In this document: piece after piece, positions 21,275-29,619 of the stretch
Layout of the letters: the number at the start of each line of letters is the position of its first letter
Position numbering within the stretch: position 1 is the first letter of the stretch
The notes under the pieces: generated by a model
The model's database searches: none
What the model was told of the DNA's origin: nothing
What the model saw: only the letters and a program-made list of their open reading frames with translations
From: Methanobacteriota archaeon
Lineage (GTDB): Archaea > Thermoplasmatota > Poseidoniia > MGIII > CG-Epi1
Length of the DNA: 52,211 bases
Assembly (NCBI GenBank): GCA_014240255.1
Contig: JAAZXG010000005.1
Coordinates: forward strand, 1 to 52,211
Reading direction: 5' to 3'
Program-made: the position numbers and the translations under genes

Positions 21275-21379
21275 CTACTTGTTACGCCTTCTTTCACGCT
21301 TTCTACGACGCATCTTCTTCTTACGCCATTTCCATCGTTGTTTTCCGGCTTTTTTCCAAACTCGAGAGCTTCTCTTCAT
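21275..21379 (-). CDS. rpl41e: Ribosomal protein eL41 (eS32), 34 aa, absent from the ORF track
   Basis: Hand translation gives MKRSSRVWKKAGKQRWKWRKKKMRRRKRERRRNK*, containing the RWKWRKK.MRR motif. A TATA-like TTTTATATA lies about 30 nt upstream on the minus strand. Confidence 0.85.
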   Translation of the reverse strand: MKRSSRVWKKAGKQRWKWRKKKMRRRKRERRRNK

Positions 21380-21425
21380 TATTAGGTTGGTCGCACTCGC
21401 GCACCGTATATAAAATCAGACCTCT

Positions 21426-21638
21426 TCAATAATCTCTAATATTTGGACTTGCATTTTCAATTTCTTCCCTAACTTTTTTAATCAATTCAGGAAGATTAGA
21501 GCGTTCTTTTGTTTTTACCCAAATTCTAACTTTTTTTATTTTGATAAGATAATCGCATTTTATGCACTTCTTACTTTTTTGTTCCAAACTAATTCCGCAA
21601 ACATTTTTGCATTTGGGACATGATATAACTCCTAGCAC
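21426..21638 (-). CDS. Small Zn-ribbon protein (DUF1922-like)
   Basis: CPKC...CIKC in a 70-aa basic protein. Confidence 0.6.
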   Translation of the reverse strand: MLGVISCPKCKNVCGISLEQKSKKCIKCDYLIKIKKVRIWVKTKERSNLPELIKKVREEIENASPNIRDY

Positions 21639-21706
21639 ATGCTATACATTACATTTAAGTAAATAGAACTTTCATTAGAAAGTATTATGATGGTGCGCCT
21701 AATCGG

Positions 21707-23053
21707 ATGTCAATGAAATATCCTGAATTTCCAGACGATGTAACTTATACGCCTATTGGTAAAATATTAAGTGGTCAAGTTAAAGAAAATGTTAAATTAA
21801 GAGGATGGATATATCGAACGCGTTCTTCGGGTAAGCTTGCTTTTGTAATAATTAGAGATTCTACTGGAATCATTCAATGCACAGTGTCTAAGAAAAATGT
21901 TGAAGAATCAGATTTTGATAATGCTGGAAAAGCATTGGTTGAATCTTCAGTAATTTTAGAGGGGTTAGTTGTAGCCGATGAAAGAGCACCTGGCGGTTTT
22001 GAAATTCGGGCCACAAGTTTTAATGTGGTTCATTTTGCAGAAACATTTCCGATAACAAAAGATCAGAGCGATGAACACCTTTTGAATAATCGGCACTTAT
22101 GGTTACGTAGTCGGAATATGGTTTCAGCCCTTAAGATTCGTTCGACTGTTTTCAAGGCTTTTAGAGATTATTGGCAGAATTTAGATTATACTGAAATACA
22201 ATCTCCTAGTTTCACAACCTCTGCTTGCGAAGGAGGTTCAACGTTATTCAATGTTCATTATGATGATGAAACTGAGAAATCGGGACAGAAGTTTTATGCT
22301 CATCTTAGTCAGTCTTGGCAATTATATGCTGAAGCATCTATGTTTGGTTTAGAAAATATTTTTACTGTAGCACCTTCATTTAGAGCTGAAAAGTCTCGTA
22401 CTCGCCGTCATTTAACTGAATTTTGGCATGCTGAAGTTGAAGCTGCATGGACACATAATCATCAGATGATGGAGTTTGAAGAAGGAATGATTGTTTATAT
22501 AATTAAGAAAGTTTTAGAAAAAAACAGATCTGAGTTAGAGCAATTAGGTCGTGATATTTCAGTTCTTGAAAATATCAAAGCACCATTTGATAAAATGAAA
22601 TATGAAGAAGTTATTGATAAATTAAATTCAATGGGTTTTGATTTAGCATGGGGGGATGATTTTGGTTATAAGGAAGAGAAAGCACTTACTCAAGATTTAA
22701 AATCTCCAGTTTATATAACTAATTTTCCAAGAGAAAAGGGTTTTTATCATAGGCCTGATCCAAGTGACCCTAAATCCTTAGTTTGTCATGATTTACTAGC
22801 TCCAGAAGGTTATGGTGAGATAATTGGGGGAGGTGAAAGAGTTTGGTCTCCTGATGAGCTTGTAGAAAGAATTCGAGAAGAGGGCTTAGAGCCTGAATCT
22901 TATGGGTGGTATTTAGATATTAGAAAATTTGGTAGTGTTCCCCATTCAGGTTTTGGCCTTGGGTTAGATCGAACAGTCAGTTGGATATGTGGTTCAGATC
23001 ATATCAAGCATGTTATTCCATTTCCTCGCACAATGCGAAGGACTACTCCTTAA
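21707..23053 (+). CDS. asnS: Asparagine--tRNA ligase
   Basis: RHLWLRS, CEGGSTLF, LSQSWQLY, FRAEKSRTRRHLTEFWH, GEIIGGGER, PHSGFGLGLDR. Confidence 0.9.
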   Translation: MSMKYPEFPDDVTYTPIGKILSGQVKENVKLRGWIYRTRSSGKLAFVIIRDSTGIIQCTVSKKNVEESDFDNAGKALVESSVILEGLVVADERAPGGFEIRATSFNVVHFAETFPITKDQSDEHLLNNRHLWLRSRNMVSALKIRSTVFKAFRDYWQNLDYTEIQSPSFTTSACEGGSTLFNVHYDDETEKSGQKFYAHLSQSWQLYAEASMFGLENIFTVAPSFRAEKSRTRRHLTEFWHAEVEAAWTHNHQMMEFEEGMIVYIIKKVLEKNRSELEQLGRDISVLENIKAPFDKMKYEEVIDKLNSMGFDLAWGDDFGYKEEKALTQDLKSPVYITNFPREKGFYHRPDPSDPKSLVCHDLLAPEGYGEIIGGGERVWSPDELVERIREEGLEPESYGWYLDIRKFGSVPHSGFGLGLDRTVSWICGSDHIKHVIPFPRTMRRTTP

Positions 23054-23054
23054 T

Positions 23055-23822
23055 TTACTCTTGTAGTCTTTTAATCAAAACAGCTTTTTTACCGGAAACA
23101 GAGAGGCCTTTTCCTTTTAATTCTTCTTTAAGTTGAGCCACAGTCATGGAATTATAATCAATATTCTCTTCTACTTTTTTGTCAGCTATTCTTGGTTCTT
23201 TATCCTTTGAATCTGGAACTCCATCACCATCAATATCTCCTTTGCCATCTTCTTCCATTGGTCCCTCTATCTTATCTTCTGCAGGTCCTACTCCTCCAAA
23301 TTTTTCTAATGATCTTCCAGCTCTTCTACGAACATATGGGTCGTTATCAGCAAGTCCTTTGACTAAAGCTTCACGAGCTTCACTGGATCCTGCAAACCTA
23401 GCTAAACCTTTAGCAGCCTGCCAGCGAGTATATTTATCTTCATCATCCATTCCACGGATTAAGTATGGTAAAACAGACATTCGTCCGGTTCTACCAATAG
23501 CATCCATTACAGTTCTTCTAGCAAAAAAATCACCATCTTTAAGCCCGTTGTTAATAAGAGGTTCAAGTCCCATTTCAGTCATACTTTGAAATAAATCCAT
23601 TGCAGCCTTGTTAACAAAAGAAGCACTACTACCCACATCAGATTTACCGTAAAGTTGAATCCATCTTACAAGTTCTGTAGATATAGCTCTTTCATGTGCC
23701 GGTAGCATTCCTTTTAGATTATTCAAGGCCTCATTTCTAGTCATAAAACGTTCATTACCTAAATCAACGATTAAATCTTCTATTTTGCCAGACATTCCAC
23801 TTTCTTTAGAGTCATTATCCAT
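23055..23822 (-). CDS. HEAT-repeat protein with C-terminal SAP domain
   Basis: HEAT/PBS repeats (DGDFFARRTVMDAIG, DEDKYTRWQAAKGL, DNDPYVRRRAGRSL), a DIDGDGVPD loop, and SAP YNSMTVAQLKEELKGKGLSVSGKKAVLIKRL. Confidence 0.85.
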   Translation of the reverse strand: MDNDSKESGMSGKIEDLIVDLGNERFMTRNEALNNLKGMLPAHERAISTELVRWIQLYGKSDVGSSASFVNKAAMDLFQSMTEMGLEPLINNGLKDGDFFARRTVMDAIGRTGRMSVLPYLIRGMDDEDKYTRWQAAKGLARFAGSSEAREALVKGLADNDPYVRRRAGRSLEKFGGVGPAEDKIEGPMEEDGKGDIDGDGVPDSKDKEPRIADKKVEENIDYNSMTVAQLKEELKGKGLSVSGKKAVLIKRLQE

Positions 23823-23890
23823 GGTTCACTACACACTACCTACTAACACTATTTAATATTTAAACATGCCCTATAGGAGATACAGGTAAC

Positions 23891-24589
23891 ATGGTTACAA
23901 AGATAATTTCCCATAGGGGCCGTACATTAAAAAATAGTGAAGATAACACCCTTCAAGCGATTAGTAACACAATTAATTTGAATATAGATATGGCTGAAGT
24001 CGATATTAGAAAGACAAAAGATTCTCAAATTATCTGTTTTCATGATCCTGTATTAAATGGAATTCCGTTAAAGGATATGACTTATTCTGAAATAATAGAA
24101 TTAAATCCCAATATACCTACATTAGAGCAGGTTCTTCGGTTATCTAAGGATAATATTGAAATGGATTTTGAATTTAAAGAGCCCGGATATGAAAAGGAAA
24201 CTATTTCGTTAATATTAGACTATTTCAAGTATGATGATTTTATTGTTAAATCCTTCAATCTAGATGTTGTTAGGAAAGTTAAAGAAATAGATGCTAGAAT
24301 TAAAGTAGGAATGCTTCTTGGTTCTGAAGTTAGTTTGAATCAGCTCTTAGATGTCATCTATGAGTCTCTTTTTCTTTATAATTTTAAGAAAAGTGGTGCT
24401 GATTTTATATCTCCATATTACAAGATTTATGAAGCCGGTTGGGCTTGTAGATTTATAAGTAAGAAAATTCCGGTACAGGTTTGGACAGTTAATGACCAAG
24501 ACTTATTGAAGACACTTATTCATCAAGATGTATATTCAGTAGTAACAGACGTACCTGAAATAGCACTGAAAATTAGAAAATCAAGATAA
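23891..24589 (+). CDS. Glycerophosphodiester phosphodiesterase
   Basis: SHRG, EDNTLQA, EVDIRKTKD, FHD, VWTVND, VVTDVP. Confidence 0.88.
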   Translation: MVTKIISHRGRTLKNSEDNTLQAISNTINLNIDMAEVDIRKTKDSQIICFHDPVLNGIPLKDMTYSEIIELNPNIPTLEQVLRLSKDNIEMDFEFKEPGYEKETISLILDYFKYDDFIVKSFNLDVVRKVKEIDARIKVGMLLGSEVSLNQLLDVIYESLFLYNFKKSGADFISPYYKIYEAGWACRFISKKIPVQVWTVNDQDLLKTLIHQDVYSVVTDVPEIALKIRKSR

Positions 24590-24590
24590 T

Positions 24591-25835
24591 ATGATGGAAT
24601 TAAATGCAATAGAAAAATTCGCCCCATTTTGTTTATCATGTCTTGGTAGAGCTTTTGGTAAAGTAGGTTTTGGTTTGGATAATCGTGAAAGAGGTATAGA
24701 AATTATCAATCAATTAGAAATTAAGGAAGGCAGTGAATTACAAGAGAGATTGATATCTCAAGAATCAAATTGTACACTTTGCGAAGGTTTGATATCAGAA
24801 ATTCCTAATTTTAGAGATTTAGTTCTCGAGTCTTTCTCAGATTTTTCAATTTCTAGTTTTAAGATAGGTACCATTGTTGATAAAGACATTCTTAAGAGAG
24901 AAGTTGAATTCCAATTATTATTCGGCGAAGGTTTGGGCGAGGCTCTTAAATCACAGTTAAATCGAGAAATAGGAATCAGTGTATACAAAAAAGCAAAAAT
25001 TGATGCATTGATGGATAATCCTGATGCAGTTGCCATAATAGATACGGGTTATGATGTTGTAAATCTCGAAATAAAGTCCTTATTTATCGAAGGTAACTAT
25101 AACAAATATGATAGAACAGTCCCTCAAACTCGCTGGCCATGCCATAGTTGTAAAGGGATTGGCTGTGATAAATGTAATAATACGGGTCAATTATATCCCG
25201 ATTCGGTTCAATCTTTGATTGCTCGTCATTTTACAATTGCGAGTTCTTGTAGTGAAGATTTATTCCACGGTATGGGTCGGGAGGACATTGATGCAGCTAT
25301 GCTTGGTCGAGGCCGTCCTTTTGTCTTAGAACTTCGTATGCCTAAGAATAGAAGTCTTGACCTTTTAGAAATTGAAAAGAAACTTAATACTGAAAATGAG
25401 GGTCGTATCAAAGCTTCAAAATTAAAATTTGTAAAAAGGCCTAGAGTTGCAGAATTAAAGAACACAGTCTGTGATAAAACTTATCGGGTCGATGTTTCAA
25501 TTTCAGATAAAATTTCAATCGAAAGCCTTAAGAAAGGTGCGCAGAGGTTGACGAGCACAGTTATCGAACAACGGACACCCACACGTGTTTCCCACCGTCG
25601 AGCAGATCTGGTCCGCCCCCGTCTGGTTAATAGCGTAGATGTAATCTCGTTTACAGATGGAATGGCTGAACTGGTGATTCGAGCTCAGCACGGTACTTAC
25701 ATACGTGAGCTTGTTAGTGGAGATGATGGACGAACGGTCCCTAGTCTCACATCGTTGATTGATGCTAAATGCAAGGTTGAAGTTTTGGATGTCCTAAACT
25801 TACATCTTCAAGCAAAAGAGGAAAAAAATGACTAA
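24591..25835 (+). CDS. pus10: tRNA pseudouridine(54/55) synthase Pus10
   Basis: CLSCLGR, PQTRWPC, HGMGREDIDA, GRPFVLE, QRTPTRVSHRR, GTYIRELVSGD. Confidence 0.93.
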   Translation: MMELNAIEKFAPFCLSCLGRAFGKVGFGLDNRERGIEIINQLEIKEGSELQERLISQESNCTLCEGLISEIPNFRDLVLESFSDFSISSFKIGTIVDKDILKREVEFQLLFGEGLGEALKSQLNREIGISVYKKAKIDALMDNPDAVAIIDTGYDVVNLEIKSLFIEGNYNKYDRTVPQTRWPCHSCKGIGCDKCNNTGQLYPDSVQSLIARHFTIASSCSEDLFHGMGREDIDAAMLGRGRPFVLELRMPKNRSLDLLEIEKKLNTENEGRIKASKLKFVKRPRVAELKNTVCDKTYRVDVSISDKISIESLKKGAQRLTSTVIEQRTPTRVSHRRADLVRPRLVNSVDVISFTDGMAELVIRAQHGTYIRELVSGDDGRTVPSLTSLIDAKCKVEVLDVLNLHLQAKEEKND

Positions 25836-26121
25836 AAGATCCCAAGGTTTGAGAAGTGGTTCGCGCCACAAGCTATCTCGCCCAGCAAGAGAGCGAGGCT
25901 TATCTCCAATTACACGTTCACTGCAAACATTTAATGACGGTGATACCGTTAATGTAGTAATAGATCCTTCTTATCATAAAGGACAGCCTCATCATCGTTT
26001 TCATGGTTTGACTGGTAAAGTTACAGGAAGTCAGGGCAAAGCATATGTGGTCCGTACCCGTGTAGGGAAAATGGACAAGGACTTAATAATCCGTCCAGAG
26101 CATTTAAGAAAGGCAAATTAA
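25828..26121 (+). CDS. rpl21e: 50S ribosomal protein eL21
   Basis: SQGLRSGSRHKL, KGQPHHRFHGLTG, RPEHLR. Confidence 0.95.
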   Translation: MTKRSQGLRSGSRHKLSRPARERGLSPITRSLQTFNDGDTVNVVIDPSYHKGQPHHRFHGLTGKVTGSQGKAYVVRTRVGKMDKDLIIRPEHLRKAN

Positions 26122-26130
26122 GGAGTTAAA

Positions 26131-26619
26131 ATGGATATAGAATCACAACCTGAACCAGTCCCTTTAGGAGACGTAAAGGAATTATTAGAAAAAGAATTAA
26201 GTATTCGTGAGAATAGATTAAGATGTGTTGAATGTGGTAATTTTCAAGCAGTTCCAGATATCGAACCCGTTGTTGAGAAGCCATCTGATGATGAAGATTC
26301 AGAAGTTCCGGCAGGTCCTACTTGTGAGTCATGTGGTTCAACAAGATTAAATTTGATTGAGCAGATACAATATGAACATAAATTAGCTTTAGATCATGTT
26401 CGCTTATTAGCTCAGAGCCCACCAAAAGAATCTAAGGAAATAATGGCTAAGGTCATTGAGTTAGAGCATGTTGATGATTATTATGCTGCAAAAATTGCAG
26501 ATATATTGCCGATACATCCTGATGATGTACGTTCAATTTTTGCACGTGAACGTTTCTCACTAGGTAAAGAAGAAATAGAGTCTATAATTAATGCAGTTAA
26601 GGAGACTACAGGTGCATGA
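26131..26619 (+). CDS. rpoF: RNA polymerase subunit Rpo4 (RpoF) with Zn-ribbon insertion
   Basis: Canonical position between rpl21e and DUF655; VPLGDVKELLE...YEHKLALDH...AAKIADILP.HPDDVRSIF; extra CVEC...CESC segment. Confidence 0.88.
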   Translation: MDIESQPEPVPLGDVKELLEKELSIRENRLRCVECGNFQAVPDIEPVVEKPSDDEDSEVPAGPTCESCGSTRLNLIEQIQYEHKLALDHVRLLAQSPPKESKEIMAKVIELEHVDDYYAAKIADILPIHPDDVRSIFARERFSLGKEEIESIINAVKETTGA

Positions 26620-26622
26620 TTT

Positions 26623-27162
26623 ATGGAAGATTACGCTTATATTTTAGATGTATTGCCTGATGGAAGACCAGACAGTAAAAGACGTTTCAGAAGAGAACCA
26701 GTAGTTTATGGTTTAGGTATTGAAGAATTTAAGATATTTGACATGGAGCCTGTAGCTAATGCAACAATAAATATTGGAGATCGATGTTATATTGGCAAAG
26801 AAACTGAAGAAAGAATACAGATAGATCATGTTAGGGCACGTGTTAATTTCGTTGAATTAACTCATACTGCACAGTCTGAATTAGCGTTTGTTTTAGATGA
26901 AATAGTTAAAGAAAGCGAAGAAAAATTCATTCAATTTTATAATAATGCCGGCCCTATTTCTCGTAGATACCATTCTCTTGAATTAATTCCTGGTTTGGGT
27001 AAGAAAACAATGAATTTAATAGTCAGTAATAGACCATATAGTACATTTAAAGAAATGGAAGAAAAAATACCTAATTTTAGAAACCCTGAAAAATATATTT
27101 CACAACGTATTGAAAATGAGATTAGAGAAACTGACCAAAAGTACCGACTATTTGTTAGATAA
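26623..27162 (+). CDS. DUF655 putative RNA-binding HhH protein
   Basis: EDYAYILD, HSLELIPGLGKK; conserved neighbour of rpoF. Confidence 0.88.
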   Translation: MEDYAYILDVLPDGRPDSKRRFRREPVVYGLGIEEFKIFDMEPVANATINIGDRCYIGKETEERIQIDHVRARVNFVELTHTAQSELAFVLDEIVKESEEKFIQFYNNAGPISRRYHSLELIPGLGKKTMNLIVSNRPYSTFKEMEEKIPNFRNPEKYISQRIENEIRETDQKYRLFVR

Positions 27163-28107
27163 TTATACTGCGTAAGTATACTGTATTGCACCAGCAATTC
27201 TCATTCTAACTTCAGCATTACCAGATAATGAAATCTCGAATGTCCAGTTTCCACTTGAACCACCGACAGTACCCATTTCATGCATATTAGTCCCTGGGCT
27301 TAGTGTTTCTACAAGAATATCTGTTTCCAAGTGATCTCTTAATACCAATTCACCACTACCTGAGCTTCCTATATTTGCATCTAAAAAGTAGATGATATAA
27401 TCCCAATCACCATATCTATCGTGTCCTTCGTTAATATATATCGTATCATATACACTTACATCAGGTCCAGTAAATTTTTCATCATATAAATCTCCACCTC
27501 TGCAAAAGTAGGAGTTCCCTGTGAAACCTTTCCCATAATTTGCTAGTTTCATTTCTAGGATAGTCTCACCATTTGAATCAGTAAAAGTAAAATTTGATAG
27601 CCATCTTGCTTCTTTATCAAAGGAGTAATCAATTCTAGACCCATCTGAACTAGTAGCAACTATATTTGCTATGTTTTCTTGCATTCCTGTAACTATAGCG
27701 CTAAATTGCTCTTTACCGTATAATTCAAATGTCCATCCTTTATCTTTTTCTAACGGAAAATCCATTAATAATTGAGGTATATTTTTTTCATATATTGCAA
27801 AATTTGACATTTGGACACGTCCTATAGCTGGATTGTAATTTAGGACAGCATGTCTTTTTGCATCTTCAAGTGAACCAGTACCAATGTAATAGTCATTATC
27901 ATCCTCATCAATTGAAACAACCATTGTGGTTGAAATTTCAAGTCCAGGAGTTTTAATACTATATTCCCAGAAATCTCCTTTAGCCCATATTGGTGAATTG
28001 ATAGTTATTGAGTTTTCATCTGCTGAAAATAATCTATTGCCTATACATCCACTAAGCGTTATTCCCAAGAGAATTGTAACTAATGCAATAGAAATTATTT
28101 TCTTCAT
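27163..28107 (-). CDS. Hypothetical lipoprotein
   Basis: MKK + hydrophobic stretch + LSGC lipobox; PIWAKGDFWEY and DFPLEKDKGW motifs. Confidence 0.7.
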   Translation of the reverse strand: MKKIISIALVTILLGITLSGCIGNRLFSADENSITINSPIWAKGDFWEYSIKTPGLEISTTMVVSIDEDDNDYYIGTGSLEDAKRHAVLNYNPAIGRVQMSNFAIYEKNIPQLLMDFPLEKDKGWTFELYGKEQFSAIVTGMQENIANIVATSSDGSRIDYSFDKEARWLSNFTFTDSNGETILEMKLANYGKGFTGNSYFCRGGDLYDEKFTGPDVSVYDTIYINEGHDRYGDWDYIIYFLDANIGSSGSGELVLRDHLETDILVETLSPGTNMHEMGTVGGSSGNWTFEISLSGNAEVRMRIAGAIQYTYAV

Positions 28108-28131
28108 ATGCTCTCTAAAAAGACCAGATAA

Positions 28132-29235
28132 TTATAGTTCACGGTGTCCTTTTAAATTTAAATATTGTCTTCCCTCTGAAACTGTATAAAATGATCCAGT
28201 AACGAGAGTTTTCTGCCCTTTAACACTATCCATGGCCTCTTTTACGCTATCATATTCAGAACATCTATACTTCAGTTTTTTGGCTATTCCATACAATTCC
28301 TGTGATGAAATACTCCTTGGTGTGGATAAGTTACAAACGATTATGTTTGCTTTTGTAGGTAATATTTTTAATATGTTTTTTGCATTTTTGTCACTTAATA
28401 TCCCTATAATGATATTCTGATAGTTGTTGTCTTTTTCTATCAAATAACGAATAGCTTGTTCATTATGAGCTACATCTAGAGTGAAGTTTTTAAATTTTTC
28501 AAATCTCCCAGGAATTGATATAATTTCAAGAGAGGCTTTAATTTTCAATTTCTGAAAAACAAGACTTATCCATCCCTCAATATTTTCACTATAAGTCAGA
28601 CTTTGGCATTTAGGGATATATTGGTGATATTCTTTTCCCCACCCTGTTATTAATATTGATTTTCTTCTTATAATTTTAGCCTTTGTTGTTGCAATTTCTT
28701 CTATAGTATGCCCCAAGTAATCAACATGATCAATTCCAAGTGTAGTTAGAACAACAATTTCTGGATTTCCTATGTTAACTGCATCCCATTCACCTCCAAG
28801 CCCAATCTCCATGATTGCATAATCAACGTTGTTATCATTAAAATACGAATAGGCTAATGCAGTTAATATTTCAAAATATGTAGCACCTATATTATGCTCT
28901 TTATCAATATCTTTTAAGTTGAAGATAGCTTTAGCAAATTCATCTATGCTAATTTTTTTATTTCCTATTCTTATCCTTTCTCTTACAGAATGTAGGTGTG
29001 GTGATGTAAAGCATCCAGCATTTATCCCGGACTTATTCAAATTATGATTAAGATTATGGCAAGTACTTCCCTTAGCATTTGTTCCTCCAACCATGATGAT
29101 ATTTAGTTTGTCTTGTGGATTATCTAGGCATTTCATCAACTTTTCAATTCGAGTTAATCCTGGTGCTATCTTATTCAAGTTCAGCGATTCAAGCCATTTG
29201 ATTGCTTTGAAGTAATTTTTTTCACGACGATTCAT
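28132..29235 (-). CDS. folC: Folylpolyglutamate synthase/dihydrofolate synthase
   Basis: VGGTNAKGST, FTSPHL..VRERI, TYFE, EIGLGGEWDAVN, DH, PGRFE, LDVAHN, TGSFY. Confidence 0.88.
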   Translation of the reverse strand: MNRREKNYFKAIKWLESLNLNKIAPGLTRIEKLMKCLDNPQDKLNIIMVGGTNAKGSTCHNLNHNLNKSGINAGCFTSPHLHSVRERIRIGNKKISIDEFAKAIFNLKDIDKEHNIGATYFEILTALAYSYFNDNNVDYAIMEIGLGGEWDAVNIGNPEIVVLTTLGIDHVDYLGHTIEEIATTKAKIIRRKSILITGWGKEYHQYIPKCQSLTYSENIEGWISLVFQKLKIKASLEIISIPGRFEKFKNFTLDVAHNEQAIRYLIEKDNNYQNIIIGILSDKNAKNILKILPTKANIIVCNLSTPRSISSQELYGIAKKLKYRCSEYDSVKEAMDSVKGQKTLVTGSFYTVSEGRQYLNLKGHREL

Positions 29236-29245
29236 ATTTAAAAGA

Positions 29246-29536
29246 TTATTCTATTGATTCCCACTCTACAGTATCTGGTGTTAATATTCCTTGATCATTT
29301 AGAACATTTCTAAAAGTATCTGGAGAAACTCCAGCAATTTCCGCTCCTTTGGTTAAAGTTGCCTTACCTTTTTTGTATATTTCTACTGCAGAAGCATATC
29401 GTAAGTGATTCTTCTTTTCCATCAAAAAACGTAGGGCTTCTTTTACTACGTCAGACTTGCTGCTATAGTGCCCTGAATCGACGAGAGCTTCGATTTGAAG
29501 AAGTAGGATTGGAGGTAACGAATATGAGCTACTCAT
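29246..29536 (-). CDS. Ribbon-helix-helix + UPF0175 HTH protein (antitoxin-like regulator)
   Basis: IEALVDSGHYSSKSDVVKEALR (RHH) followed by AVEIYKKGKATLTKGAEIAGVS (UPF0175). Confidence 0.75.
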   Translation of the reverse strand: MSSSYSLPPILLLQIEALVDSGHYSSKSDVVKEALRFLMEKKNHLRYASAVEIYKKGKATLTKGAEIAGVSPDTFRNVLNDQGILTPDTVEWESIE

Positions 29537-29567
29537 ATAGCAACAATTAGCAACTATTATTAATAAT
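29522..29567. promoter_or_regulatory. Operator-like repeats in the divergent RHH / giant surface protein promoter
   Basis: ATATGAG-cta-CTCATAT (29522-29538), TAGCAAC twice with a 10-bp period (29538, 29548), ATTATTAATAAT palindrome (29556-29567). A TTTATAA box follows near 29580. Confidence 0.4.
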
Positions 29568-29619
29568 TATTCACTAAGCTTTATAACCCTCACTCGGGTG
29601 AAACAATCTGGAAATAGCA

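Noticed and set aside
25540-25760. Locally GC-richer stretch as a hidden ncRNA
   Set aside because: It encodes the conserved Arg/Pro/Gly-rich C-terminal motifs of Pus10.
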